Virus record (IMG/VR): IMGVR_UViG_3300032117_001271
Span: 1 to 53,046 of that record
Reading direction: 5' to 3' (one strand)
Source: a virus
Lineage: Duplodnaviria > Caudoviricetes
Length of the DNA stretch: 53,046 bases
Of this stretch, positions 38,502 to 47,779 are shown in pieces (positions within the stretch are counted from its first letter, which is position 1; every line of letters begins with the position of its first letter). The position numbers were made by a program, and so were the translations under genes. Under the pieces are notes generated by a model. It did no database searches. It was not told where the DNA came from and saw nothing but the letters and a program-made list of their open reading frames with translations.

Positions 38502-39491
38502 TTCGAAGCTAGCAATATTCTTGCCTTTGCTTTCGCACATAATATCAAAATTATCCCAGAACGATAAGGCCCATTTATTCGTTGCTCGATTCCAGTAAAA
38601 GTCTGAATGTGCTCTGAGCTTTTGCTTTTTGTAGCCGTCTAGAATGAGTTGGGCATGAACAGGTGCGGTAGTCCTGTCATGTTCCACGAGATAGTCTTCA
38701 CGAGATACGCTATAATGCATAGTAGGACGAAGACCACGCCAACTGTCAACAACTCGCTTAACACGGTCGTCTCCAGGCTGAATGTACTCTCCTTCACGAA
38801 TCCAATGATGATGTATATCGAGGACAATAGGAATAGTATCTGTAAGAGTGAGACAATCATTTAACCCCCATGCGTTTTCTTCGTTTTCGATAGTAATACA
38901 ATTACGTGCTTCAGGGCTTAATCTCTGGTAGGCATTGAGGATGCCTTGTGGACCTTGTTTACCGCTGATGTGGACGTTGATTTTGAAGTCTTGGAACTTT
39001 TGTCCGTAGCCCATCCATCTTGCCATGTCTGTGTGGTATTCGAACTCTTGAATTGATCTGTCGACAATGCCTGGGTTATCGCTTGCCAAGACTGTAAACT
39101 GGCCAGGGTGCATAGACAACCGAACATTGCTATTGCGAGCAATGTCGCCCACTCTCTTAAAATGGGTTTCGGCGTATGATACAACGTCAGGTTTACGCCA
39201 ATAATCAGCAAAGTCAGCGTGAGTATAAGCAGGGAGAATATCACTGCTAATCCTAACCATCCGAAGAGGAGCATCGAGGGTGCTGACACGTTCAACCAAC
39301 CGCCTTGTTGCTTCGATATTGCCTACCATTAGGTCCCATAACTTTTGCTCCGCGACATCTCTTGACTGTCTATTTAACCAAGAAATAGTAGTTGTGCCTG
39401 TGTTGTATTGTTTGGCATCGTCATCTTTGCCAATACCGTCTGTTTGATGTGGATGATCGATCCATTTACATGCGAAGCCTATACGTTTCAT
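38478..39491 (-). CDS. uvdE: UV-damage endonuclease (likely start MKRIGFAC at 39491)
   Basis: RIGFAC, RISSDILP, RLSMHPGQF, IENEE, LDIHHH, RAHSD and DIMCESKGK motifs. Confidence 0.93.
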   Translation of the reverse strand: MKRIGFACKWIDHPHQTDGIGKDDDAKQYNTGTTTISWLNRQSRDVAEQKLWDLMVGNIEATRRLVERVSTLDAPLRMVRISSDILPAYTHADFADYWRKPDVVSYAETHFKRVGDIARNSNVRLSMHPGQFTVLASDNPGIVDRSIQEFEYHTDMARWMGYGQKFQDFKINVHISGKQGPQGILNAYQRLSPEARNCITIENEENAWGLNDCLTLTDTIPIVLDIHHHWIREGEYIQPGDDRVKRVVDSWRGLRPTMHYSVSREDYLVEHDRTTAPVHAQLILDGYKKQKLRAHSDFYWNRATNKWALSFWDNFDIMCESKGKNIASFELYNQSKN

Positions 39492-39691
39492 TACCAATGC
39501 CTTATGACGCCTAAGATTATAAAAGTGTTTGTAAGTACATATGATAACACAATTAAGGTACGAATGCAAGCAATTCGGTCCGATTCCTTGTCCGTATTGC
39601 CTGCTTTTTCACCTAATGCTTTAGCCCAAAGGCGCCAAAAATAATTAGCCTTCGTACGTAGCCGAGTTTGCACCGTGTTCAAATACTTCAA
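39491..39691 (-). CDS. Small membrane protein
   Basis: WRLWAKALGEK...IRTLIV...GVIRHW with one TM segment; overlaps the queD end, so the start is uncertain. Confidence 0.6.
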   Translation of the reverse strand: MKYLNTVQTRLRTKANYFWRLWAKALGEKAGNTDKESDRIACIRTLIVLSYVLTNTFIILGVIRHW

Positions 39692-40172
39692 CTGATTTGA
39701 CCCTTACTGTTGGGTTGATAGGATAGCGCATATTACCAGACGCTAAAAGTTCAGCCATTTTATCGTATGCCATTTTGGCAAACATTTCACAGCCTACGGC
39801 AGGCACAATTCGTAAATCGCAAACTCCTTGTCTGCGATATGGCTCTACTTGTACACGTTCTGGATTGTTATCATGTTCTGGATTTGAACTCCAACCTGAC
39901 ATTAATTTGAATCGATCTAACATTGGATCATCTTCGGCAATTACCAAAGTGTGATCAAACATATAGTCTGCCCATGTTTTGAATTCTTTGAGTCCGCCAA
40001 AGTCCATGCACCAGTTTTTGTCATCTAGTGTATCACATTCGAAGATTAGTTTAATGCCGATTGAATAACCATGTAATGTCGAGCAGTGGCTATGCGTGGC
40101 ACGCCATTGTCTAAAACAGCATGATAAGCCACGGTCGTTTCCGTAAGTTTTTGTTGAGTAAAATTTTGCCAT
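39645..40172 (-). CDS. queD: 6-pyruvoyl-tetrahydropterin synthase / 6-carboxytetrahydropterin synthase family
   Basis: SHCSTLHGY, MDFGGLK, FDHT, GCE and VEVFE motifs; AGGAG SD. Confidence 0.88.
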   Translation of the reverse strand: MAKFYSTKTYGNDRGLSCCFRQWRATHSHCSTLHGYSIGIKLIFECDTLDDKNWCMDFGGLKEFKTWADYMFDHTLVIAEDDPMLDRFKLMSGWSSNPEHDNNPERVQVEPYRRQGVCDLRIVPAVGCEMFAKMAYDKMAELLASGNMRYPINPTVRVKSVEVFEHGANSATYEG

Positions 40173-40189
40173 TGTCTTCTCCTAAAAGT

Positions 40190-40240
40190 AGCAATGACAC
40201 GCAGAGTTTATAATGCGGGATGAGCGTCTAAGTCCGCAAT
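40190..40240 (-). ncRNA. Candidate cis-regulatory pseudoknot (preQ1-I-like topology) in the queD leader
   Basis: TGCGG-ACTTAGACGCTCATC-CCGCA-TTATAAACTCT-GCGT, beginning at the predicted TSS. Confidence 0.5.
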
Positions 40241-40246
40241 ATAGTT

Positions 40247-40274
40247 ATTATACAGATTTATTTAGCGAAGTCAA
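40247..40274 (-). promoter_or_regulatory. sigma70 promoter for queD-uvdE
   Basis: TTGACT (40274-40269), 16-nt spacer, TATAAT (40252-40247); a TAAATA also lies in the spacer. Confidence 0.7.
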
Positions 40275-40276
40275 AC

Positions 40277-41701
40277 TTAGTGAGCGGCAATTTGTCCAAA
40301 GCCTGCCCATTGACCAGGAGTACCGCTAGCAATACATACCCAACCAATTACACCGCCTGGATTTGGAGCAACGTTCCAGCAAATGTCTCCAATTTGATAA
40401 ACACCAGTAGCAGGAGGCATACCGCCGTTTGTAAAACGCTTGCCGCCAATATTAACATCTCCGTTTACACTAAATTGTAATGTAGGATCTGGATTAACAA
40501 TGTTAACGCTCAATGGGCCAAATACACGAAGTGGATTACTTTGAATAACTGGATCACCGATAGTTATTTGTGTAGTATCAACATCTAGTATTTTTTGAGT
40601 TCCTAGTTTGAATGAGAAGTTGTTTGTACCTAACAATCCACCACTTGTAACTTGTAAAGTTTGTGTGCCGCCTAACTGGTCTGTAAATGTTTGTTTCTTT
40701 AATGTAACGTTAGTTAAACTTGTATCGCCTGCAACTGATAGTTGTCGTAGTGTACCAACTGATTGTAAGTTACTGTTAACAATAGTAGGTCCTAAATCAT
40801 TTGTACTCAATACAGGAAGTCCATTTAGATAGTAGCTACGTCCTGGACCGATATCGATATGCTCGCTTGTCCATAAACGATCTGGATTGCTTTGCATAAT
40901 CAACTGACGTGTTGCACCAGTGCCAGACCATGTTAGTCCTAGACCATAAATTGCATTGTCAGTGCTTGCATTGAACTGTAAAGGACTACTACGAGTAATA
41001 CGTGTATCAGTTTGAATACTTTGTGCATATACTGTACCATATACATTTAATACACCACCGCCGTTAATTGGGTCACCGATATTAACTACACCGGTTGATT
41101 TAACAGTAATGCGTGGCAAGTTGTCTGAAATAATAGCAAAATCGTGACTGGTATATGTTCCAATACTACCAACATTAGTTACTCTACTACCAATATCTAC
41201 TTGCACACCATTTGTTACAACACTGATACTATCTGTAGGTTCAGCAGTATTAACACCAATACGATTTGCGCTGTCATTAACGAAAGCAAATCCGCCAAAA
41301 CTAGCTGAGCCTGCAACTTGCAACGCATGTAATACGCCTAATTGTTGTAAGTTACTCTTTGTAATTGTACTACCTAGTTGGCTAGCACTTAAAACTGGAA
41401 TATTATCAATGCTATAGCTAGACGTTGCTTGCAAATCGATGTTACCATTTGTCCACAAACGTCCGCCAGTACGATAAACTAACTGGGTTAAACCTTCACT
41501 GTAACCCCAACTAAACCCTTTACCGTTCAAATCGGATTCATGTCCATACGCCCATTGCCCTACGGAACTCAATGCTCCGTTAGGTGTAACTAGGTTTTGA
41601 ACATTAAAAGTGTTGGTTGTGATAGTGCCAGTTACGTACAAATTGCTATCAACTTGTACATTACCAGTAACTTCTAGGTTATCATTAATTTCGTAGGCCA
41701 T
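40277..41701 (-). CDS. Tail fibre-like structural protein (likely start MAYEI at 41701)
   Basis: Two internal repeats (GL.W...RLWT...ID...SY.I...PVLS...LG.TI..SNLQ..G.L..L.VAG) and a C-terminal GDICWN..P..GG.IGWVC..GTPG.W..FG. Confidence 0.75.
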   Translation of the reverse strand: MAYEINDNLEVTGNVQVDSNLYVTGTITTNTFNVQNLVTPNGALSSVGQWAYGHESDLNGKGFSWGYSEGLTQLVYRTGGRLWTNGNIDLQATSSYSIDNIPVLSASQLGSTITKSNLQQLGVLHALQVAGSASFGGFAFVNDSANRIGVNTAEPTDSISVVTNGVQVDIGSRVTNVGSIGTYTSHDFAIISDNLPRITVKSTGVVNIGDPINGGGVLNVYGTVYAQSIQTDTRITRSSPLQFNASTDNAIYGLGLTWSGTGATRQLIMQSNPDRLWTSEHIDIGPGRSYYLNGLPVLSTNDLGPTIVNSNLQSVGTLRQLSVAGDTSLTNVTLKKQTFTDQLGGTQTLQVTSGGLLGTNNFSFKLGTQKILDVDTTQITIGDPVIQSNPLRVFGPLSVNIVNPDPTLQFSVNGDVNIGGKRFTNGGMPPATGVYQIGDICWNVAPNPGGVIGWVCIASGTPGQWAGFGQIAAH

Positions 41702-41720
41702 GGATGAACTCTCTTTTAAG

Positions 41721-41751
41721 TATTTATCCTTGCTCAAAATTAAAATAAATA
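41721..41751. promoter_or_regulatory. Divergent pair of TAAATA late-promoter motifs
   Basis: GATAAATA on - (41728-41721) and TAAATA on + (41746-41751), between divergent structural genes. Confidence 0.55.
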
Positions 41752-41768
41752 GTACAAAAGGACAGCAA

Positions 41769-42266
41769 ATGGCACTAGTTATCACCGATGCTTTTAGGAA
41801 TTTCAACGTAAACGGCACTATAATACCGGCTTCACAAACAGTTGATACATTATATGTAAACCCGGGCCCGGGTATGACACTTACAGTATCGGGACAAACT
41901 GTTACTGTAAATGCTGTTCCAACTAGTTCATCTACTACCACTGCATCAAGTTCTGGATATTTAGGCACACCAATCAACACTCAATCGGGCAGTTATACAC
42001 TAGCATACTCTGATCAAGGCGGAACAATTTATTCAAGCGGTAATATTACAATTCCTGCCAACGGAACTACCCCGTTGCCAGTTGGAACAATTATTAATAT
42101 AATAGCTAGTGCAGTCATTACAGTTTCAATAACAAGTGACACACTACAATGGGGCGGACAATCTACAAGCCAAACTGGAACACGCACCCTAGCACAATAC
42201 GCTATGGCTACATTAATTAAAGTAGCTTCTACTACATGGTATATTAGCGGCACTGGAGTTACCTAA
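41769..42266 (+). CDS. Tail-associated structural protein (likely start MALVI at 41769)
   Basis: YTLAYSDQG...ITIP...P.GT.I...TLAQYAMATLIKV..TTWYISG, a typical fibre tip domain. Confidence 0.7.
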   Translation: MALVITDAFRNFNVNGTIIPASQTVDTLYVNPGPGMTLTVSGQTVTVNAVPTSSSTTTASSSGYLGTPINTQSGSYTLAYSDQGGTIYSSGNITIPANGTTPLPVGTIINIIASAVITVSITSDTLQWGGQSTSQTGTRTLAQYAMATLIKVASTTWYISGTGVT

Positions 42267-44365
42267 TGTCCGGCGCTTTATCTTTTATATCCGGTGTGCT
42301 AAATGGTTCCACCGGAGGTGGCGGCGGCGGCGGAAGTGGCACTGGCGGTAGCCTAGTAGTCAATGCATCGACATCTACATATCTAAGCATACCTGCCAAC
42401 TCAGCATTTACTCTTGGTACAAATAATCACACTATTGAATTTTGGATGTATCAAACAGCTCGTGGGCTTTATGATACAGTTTGGAACTACAACTCTACTG
42501 CAAGTACTCATGCTGTAAACCAGTATTATTTTAATACAGGGACTAGTCAGTTTTATGTAATCATTGGTAACGGTGCCGCATTTTTAACAGGTACCAACCT
42601 TGCTTCCTCTCCGCCACCGATGTTTTTCTGGCATCATTATGCTATTGTTCGTAATGGTAGCACTATTACTCTGTACATTGACGGAGTAGCTCAAGCCGGA
42701 CCAATTACAGTAAACTCTCAAAATATTACAGCTCAGAATGGAGCCATGTGGATCAACGGACCTTATAATACTCAAAGTGTATCGGGATATATTACTAATT
42801 TTAGAATTGTTAATGGCACGGCAGTATATACAAGTAATTTTACACCACCGACACAACCATTAACTGCAATTACCAATACTGTATTGCTAATGTCAGAAAC
42901 AACGAGTGGTGGATTATTAACAGACTCGAGTAGTAATAATTGGACTGTAACTAGCAATAGTTCTAGTTCAAGTTTTAATGGCACAAGTTCTTATTGTACA
43001 CTTGCATATTCTACTTCTAAATTCGATTGGTTTACTACCAATTATAATTTTACTATAGAGTGTTGGGTGTATCCGACTTCATTTACAGGCTGGTATTCAG
43101 CTGGCCAAGGTCCTGCACTTGTAGGTAACATGGCCTACAACAGTAACACTCAGTATTGGGGCTTTGGACCAAACGCTAGCGGACAAATCGTATTTTATTA
43201 TATTAGTCAGTCTGCAAATTATGTAACTAGTACTGCTACAATATCTACTGGAAGTTGGAGCCATATTGCTATGACTCGTACTGGTACAACTATAACATTA
43301 TATGTAAACGGTGTTAAAGATACGCAAGCAACTATTAGCGGAACTCCGCAGTCGAGTACTGGTACAACTTTAACTATCGGTGCATACAACAGTAACTACA
43401 TAACAGGTTATGTAAGTAACTTAAGAGTTGTTAATAGTGCAACAGCAGAAAATCCATCTCCTGTTTATGTAAACACATTTACACCGCCGACTGTGCCATT
43501 AATAAGACTAACAAACAATTATAACTATACAACATTGTTGTTGCCTTTCAACTTTAATGCAGGAGGAGTGTATGATACTAGTGCATTCGCTGTCACAGTA
43601 ACTAGTTCGAACATAACCAGCGTATCAAGTACACCGTTCCCAATCAGATACAACAGTCTAACACCGTTTGCTACTACTCCTCCTTCACGTGTAACTACAG
43701 GTTTGCTTTTTAATTTAGACATGCAAAACTATGTATCGGGCAATAACTGGCCTGATACTGGACCTAATAACTATACATTTACATGGTACAACGGAGCGAC
43801 AGCCAACTCGCCGCCTACTGTAACTAACTCGGGAACTAGTACAGCGTATTTTACTACCAGTAGCAATTATTGGGCTTGGTGTAAATCCGGAGCCATAATG
43901 CCTACCGGCAGTTACACTAAGGGAATTGTAATTCGAGGTAACGGATCAACTTCTGCTCCGTTTGGATCTTACTTTTTTGGTAGTGCAGAATCTTATGACA
44001 CATTTTGGGCCAATAACGGCGGCAATATTATAACTGCTGGTAATCATCAAAACGGTTCTGGTAGTTACTGGGACGTAACTCAAACTCAAGGAAACGAAAC
44101 GAACTTGTTGTGGTATTACCTTAGTGTAAGTTGCGATACAGTCAACGGTTGGTCGTTGTATGTAAATGGACAGTTAGTTGGACAAAGCCCACCGACAGCT
44201 AGTAAACCTGCCAGCACTCCGGTAATTGGTGCTACTGGTACGAGTCCTGGCGCTAATGCTAGCATAGCCGCGGCACATACTTACAATATTGTACTAACTC
44301 CTGCACAACATTTACAAAATGCACAGTATTGGTTGAGCCGCTATAGCGGCTCAACTCCTGCTTAG
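42266..44365 (+). CDS. Concanavalin A-like/LamG repeat protein (putative receptor-binding fibre)
   Basis: Two tandem TIE.W.Y...W.H.A..R.G.TITLY..G...GY..N.R.V domains plus a third LamG-like domain; Gly linker. Confidence 0.82.
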   Translation: MSGALSFISGVLNGSTGGGGGGGSGTGGSLVVNASTSTYLSIPANSAFTLGTNNHTIEFWMYQTARGLYDTVWNYNSTASTHAVNQYYFNTGTSQFYVIIGNGAAFLTGTNLASSPPPMFFWHHYAIVRNGSTITLYIDGVAQAGPITVNSQNITAQNGAMWINGPYNTQSVSGYITNFRIVNGTAVYTSNFTPPTQPLTAITNTVLLMSETTSGGLLTDSSSNNWTVTSNSSSSSFNGTSSYCTLAYSTSKFDWFTTNYNFTIECWVYPTSFTGWYSAGQGPALVGNMAYNSNTQYWGFGPNASGQIVFYYISQSANYVTSTATISTGSWSHIAMTRTGTTITLYVNGVKDTQATISGTPQSSTGTTLTIGAYNSNYITGYVSNLRVVNSATAENPSPVYVNTFTPPTVPLIRLTNNYNYTTLLLPFNFNAGGVYDTSAFAVTVTSSNITSVSSTPFPIRYNSLTPFATTPPSRVTTGLLFNLDMQNYVSGNNWPDTGPNNYTFTWYNGATANSPPTVTNSGTSTAYFTTSSNYWAWCKSGAIMPTGSYTKGIVIRGNGSTSAPFGSYFFGSAESYDTFWANNGGNIITAGNHQNGSGSYWDVTQTQGNETNLLWYYLSVSCDTVNGWSLYVNGQLVGQSPPTASKPASTPVIGATGTSPGANASIAAAHTYNIVLTPAQHLQNAQYWLSRYSGSTPA

Positions 44366-45552
44366 GCTACCTTAAGAAGAATAGTTTCTTCGTTAATGCG
44401 TCCATTCATTTTAGTGTCTGTAGCATTAATGTCTTCCAAGAACTTGCGTAGTTGTACTTTGCCTGCGGCTTTGAACTCTTTGAGTTTTTCTTCTGGCTTG
44501 CGAAGTGTTTTACAAATACTTTGATGCTCGTTAAAGCCGGTAATTGTAGTACCCTTAACACCCAAATCGTTAAACTCAGCGGCTACATACTTGCCCAATT
44601 TACGAGTTTTAGTGTTAAACACCCACAACTCTTTTGAGCCAATAATGTCAGCAGGATTAATCGAAACCAATTTCAAAGGCTCGTTTGATTTCATGTACTT
44701 GAGCTTGGCAACCAATTTGTCCTTAGGTACAACTTTGGTTTTACGTGGCTTACGATTAACTTTGGCTTCCTGGGCAAGCATGTCGCAAGCACTCATAATC
44801 TCTTGGTAAAACGCAATCAAATTACGAATTTGCTTTTTGGTACGGTGGCTATAGCCCTCTTTAAGCTGTTCATCTGCTTGTCCGCTAGCTAACTCTTCAA
44901 GTTCAGCTAAATCCCTGCTGTAGAGGGTTTTAATAAGTCTAGCATGTGCGGCTTTGACTTGTTTGCCCTTGAGCAAGTTAAGCACTTTGAACGCTTTTGG
45001 ATCAAAGTTTTCTGGATCATTTTGGAAACCTTCAATGGCATCTTCCAATTCTTCAGTCATACGGTAAGCGGCTTCTTTGACACGATCCTGAATGCTTGGC
45101 TGTACTACTAAGGGTTTAGTTTCTACAACTTCATCTTCGTCTTTGTCGTTTTTGCCAGCTTCAATAACTTCTACAATCTGTTCACGCAACCATGCGGCAG
45201 TGTCTCGACCTTGATTAAAGTCTGCGCGAACTGCGGGCATACCACGCAATAGGCATGACGCAATAGCACCCATTGTAGTGTTGCAACGATTGTCTTTGGT
45301 TTTCTTAAAAGCCGCAATGTCTTCTTTGGTACAGCCAACACTAGTCATCCATTTGACGACTGCGGGCTTCAAATCTTTACCGCTAAATTCCAAACGGTAG
45401 TAAGACATAGCGTTGTGCCAGTGACGCTGAAATTGTTCAGCATCCATTTGTTCCACGTTTTCCCAAACTGGACTGTGATCTTTTACAGCCTTTGTGCGAT
45501 GTGCAATAACTTGCTTTTTGGTTACACGGGTTTTAGTTGCTGTTTTAGCCAA
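44362..45552 (-). CDS. Hypothetical protein (TTG start)
   Basis: 396-aa ORF with AGGAG SD and a consensus promoter. Confidence 0.8.
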   Translation of the reverse strand: MAKTATKTRVTKKQVIAHRTKAVKDHSPVWENVEQMDAEQFQRHWHNAMSYYRLEFSGKDLKPAVVKWMTSVGCTKEDIAAFKKTKDNRCNTTMGAIASCLLRGMPAVRADFNQGRDTAAWLREQIVEVIEAGKNDKDEDEVVETKPLVVQPSIQDRVKEAAYRMTEELEDAIEGFQNDPENFDPKAFKVLNLLKGKQVKAAHARLIKTLYSRDLAELEELASGQADEQLKEGYSHRTKKQIRNLIAFYQEIMSACDMLAQEAKVNRKPRKTKVVPKDKLVAKLKYMKSNEPLKLVSINPADIIGSKELWVFNTKTRKLGKYVAAEFNDLGVKGTTITGFNEHQSICKTLRKPEEKLKEFKAAGKVQLRKFLEDINATDTKMNGRINEETILLKVA

Positions 45553-45583
45553 TTTCTGCTCCTGTTTTGTTTAACATGTATAT

Positions 45584-45612
45584 ATTATAGCGCCAAACTG
45601 GCCGCATGTCAA
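45584..45612 (-). promoter_or_regulatory. Consensus sigma70 promoter
   Basis: TTGACA (45612-45607), 17-nt spacer, TATAAT (45589-45584). Confidence 0.85.
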
Positions 45613-46418
45613 CCAGGTAAGTTAGCTAGTATTTTGGTGTTGCAGTCCAAAATGCCTTTATCAATATACGTTTGATACTGCTTTTTTGTAGTAATTTTAC
45701 TTATATTTCGAGTTTTGAACTGTTTGTAAGTAATATTACTTACATTTTTTTTCAAAATTGCTGTTTCTAATAAGTCAGCTAAAAGTTTTAAATTTGGTAA
45801 AGTTAAATGATTAGCTCTTGGATCTTCTTTGGTAAACTCGATCCAATTGAAATAATCAAAATTGTCACCAACTTCGTCGTGTGAAATCTTATAAAAGTTA
45901 ATTTCAGCTCTCAAAAAATTCTCAGGTGCAGTTCCATTCATAATGTTTGTTTGTGTTTGGAAAGCAGGTAATACTAAAAATGTACAATCGGGTCTAGCTA
46001 ATGCATAATTTTTTATCAGCTGTATGTATGCTTCGTGATTTAATTTTAACAGTTGATCATCACAATTAAGTAACCACCATTCGATATGATGTTTATTATT
46101 CCAATACCATGGATGTTCACCTTCCAAAGTTAAATTTGGATCGTGCAAATAGTTGCTGGCAGTTTCAGGATGATCTTTTTGGTATGTAAAATGTAATCTT
46201 CCAGTATGACTAGGAACATAAATTATAACATCGCCCTTTTTAATAACTCCATTATGTAAATCGGTTGTTAAAGTTTTGATAGCGTATTCGGTACTGCTAC
46301 CTTTTACAGCCTTATTATCCAAATGCATATAAAGCTGATCTGCTAATAATGTAGGCCAAGTCTTTTGATCGACTTCGGGCGCCGCAAAACTATCACCATA
46401 AACTCTTAGGCAAGACAT
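45609..46418 (-). CDS. SGNH/GDSL hydrolase-like protein
   Basis: VYGDSF, TWP..LA, NKAVKGSS and DPRANHL motifs. Confidence 0.6.
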   Translation of the reverse strand: MSCLRVYGDSFAAPEVDQKTWPTLLADQLYMHLDNKAVKGSSTEYAIKTLTTDLHNGVIKKGDVIIYVPSHTGRLHFTYQKDHPETASNYLHDPNLTLEGEHPWYWNNKHHIEWWLLNCDDQLLKLNHEAYIQLIKNYALARPDCTFLVLPAFQTQTNIMNGTAPENFLRAEINFYKISHDEVGDNFDYFNWIEFTKEDPRANHLTLPNLKLLADLLETAILKKNVSNITYKQFKTRNISKITTKKQYQTYIDKGILDCNTKILANLPG

Positions 46419-47779
46419 AGATTATAAAACTCTTTCATATTAGGAAATGTATTAAGGAAATCGGTTCCTCTGCGTTTGTCATGCTCACGCATAAACAATG
46501 CAAAGTCCTTACGCCATACTTCTAATTCTTGAATTGGTTTGTCTAACAAGGATGCGAACAAGTCATAAACTCGTTGCATACGGTCAATTTCGTAGTTTGT
46601 ATAATAACCTTTGTTGTCCCGCATGTACTCTAAACTAGCGAGTGTTATCGGTAAAAAGTCTGCCGTCAGTACTCCAACAGTCATCCATTCTGGATTACGT
46701 AAGTATGGAATATCTATGCCTACCCAACGCTCGGGTGTTACATATTTTTTCTTAATTTCTAAAAAGTCTGATAAAAATTCAGTATAAGAATTAACCGAAA
46801 GTGCATTGTATGTCGACATTACAATTAACCTAGTCTTAGGACTTTCGCTTAATAATAAATTACAATTTTCAATCCATTCGTTGTAATTTAATCCAAAACG
46901 AATATATTCTGCCTGAGAACCTTTAGCTTCGCAACTTGTATAAATGGTTAGGTCTTTAACTGCATTTGTATCATGAATAATTTTTATTTTATTAATAAAT
47001 TCATTAATGAGCTTTTTTGGAACTCCTAAATTACTATTAATGCCAAGTTCTAATTTAGGGTTAGGGTTAGCAATGATATAATCTAATACCTTGAATGTGT
47101 GCTTGGTCATTAAAGGTTCTCCGCCAGTAATGCGGAATGTATGTAAATTTGGATAAAGCTCGGGCCACCATTCCCAAAATGCATCTACATAGGGATTGTC
47201 TTCTCGTTCTGGGATGGGCATCTTACTGTCATCTTCAAACATTTTTAAATGATTATAACTTAGATGGGTTGGATACGCACCGTACTGTTGTATTTCTTCC
47301 ATCCACTTACTGCTAATTTCAGGACTACAATAACTACATTTAAAATTACATCCGTAGCTAAAACTAACTTCCAAATAGCTAGGGGCAATATCTTTTTCCC
47401 ATCCTGCATCTATAACTTCTTTGAAATGAGGTAACGCCCAAGGATCTGCACTTTTATGTATTCTATCACTAAATTCTTTAGTGTTATCTTCTACATTCCA
47501 ACAGTATTGGCATTCTGCGGGACGACCTCCGGTCATCATTTGTTTACGTAAAGTCTTTTTAAATTCTGTGTTATGCAACGCACTAGGATTGCGTTTAATT
47601 TCTTCAATAGGTATTACATGAGTTTTAGGATGATGGCAACTATGAGTATGCCCTGTCGGCAAGTGGACAGTCACTTGTTTCCATTTAGCTAAACACATAC
47701 CCGGACCAAACCTGTCTAACTCGGCCTGAGTATGTATTAGCGTTTTTGTTAAACGATCTACTTTTTTAAATTTAAACAT
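46406..47779 (-). CDS. Radical SAM enzyme with an N-terminal auxiliary Cys cluster (likely start 47779)
   Basis: CNFKCSYC, ITGGEP and INSNL motifs; N-terminal C..KW, SCHH and CQYCW. Confidence 0.88.
   Translation of the reverse strand: MFKFKKVDRLTKTLIHTQAELDRFGPGMCLAKWKQVTVHLPTGHTHSCHHPKTHVIPIEEIKRNPSALHNTEFKKTLRKQMMTGGRPAECQYCWNVEDNTKEFSDRIHKSADPWALPHFKEVIDAGWEKDIAPSYLEVSFSYGCNFKCSYCSPEISSKWMEEIQQYGAYPTHLSYNHLKMFEDDSKMPIPEREDNPYVDAFWEWWPELYPNLHTFRITGGEPLMTKHTFKVLDYIIANPNPKLELGINSNLGVPKKLINEFINKIKIIHDTNAVKDLTIYTSCEAKGSQAEYIRFGLNYNEWIENCNLLLSESPKTRLIVMSTYNALSVNSYTEFLSDFLEIKKKYVTPERWVGIDIPYLRNPEWMTVGVLTADFLPITLASLEYMRDNKGYYTNYEIDRMQRVYDLFASLLDKPIQELEVWRKDFALFMREHDKRRGTDFLNTFPNMKEFYNLCLA

Noticed and set aside
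41700-41980. Apparent long overlap between ORFs 40277..41980 (-) and 41700..42266 (+)
   Set aside because: An artefact of longest-ORF calling. Starts at 41701 and 41769 leave a normal divergent intergenic region.
41769-44365. Possible invertible tail-fibre cassette or DGR target
   Set aside because: I saw no flanking inverted repeats, recombinase, reverse transcriptase or adenine-variant template repeat.
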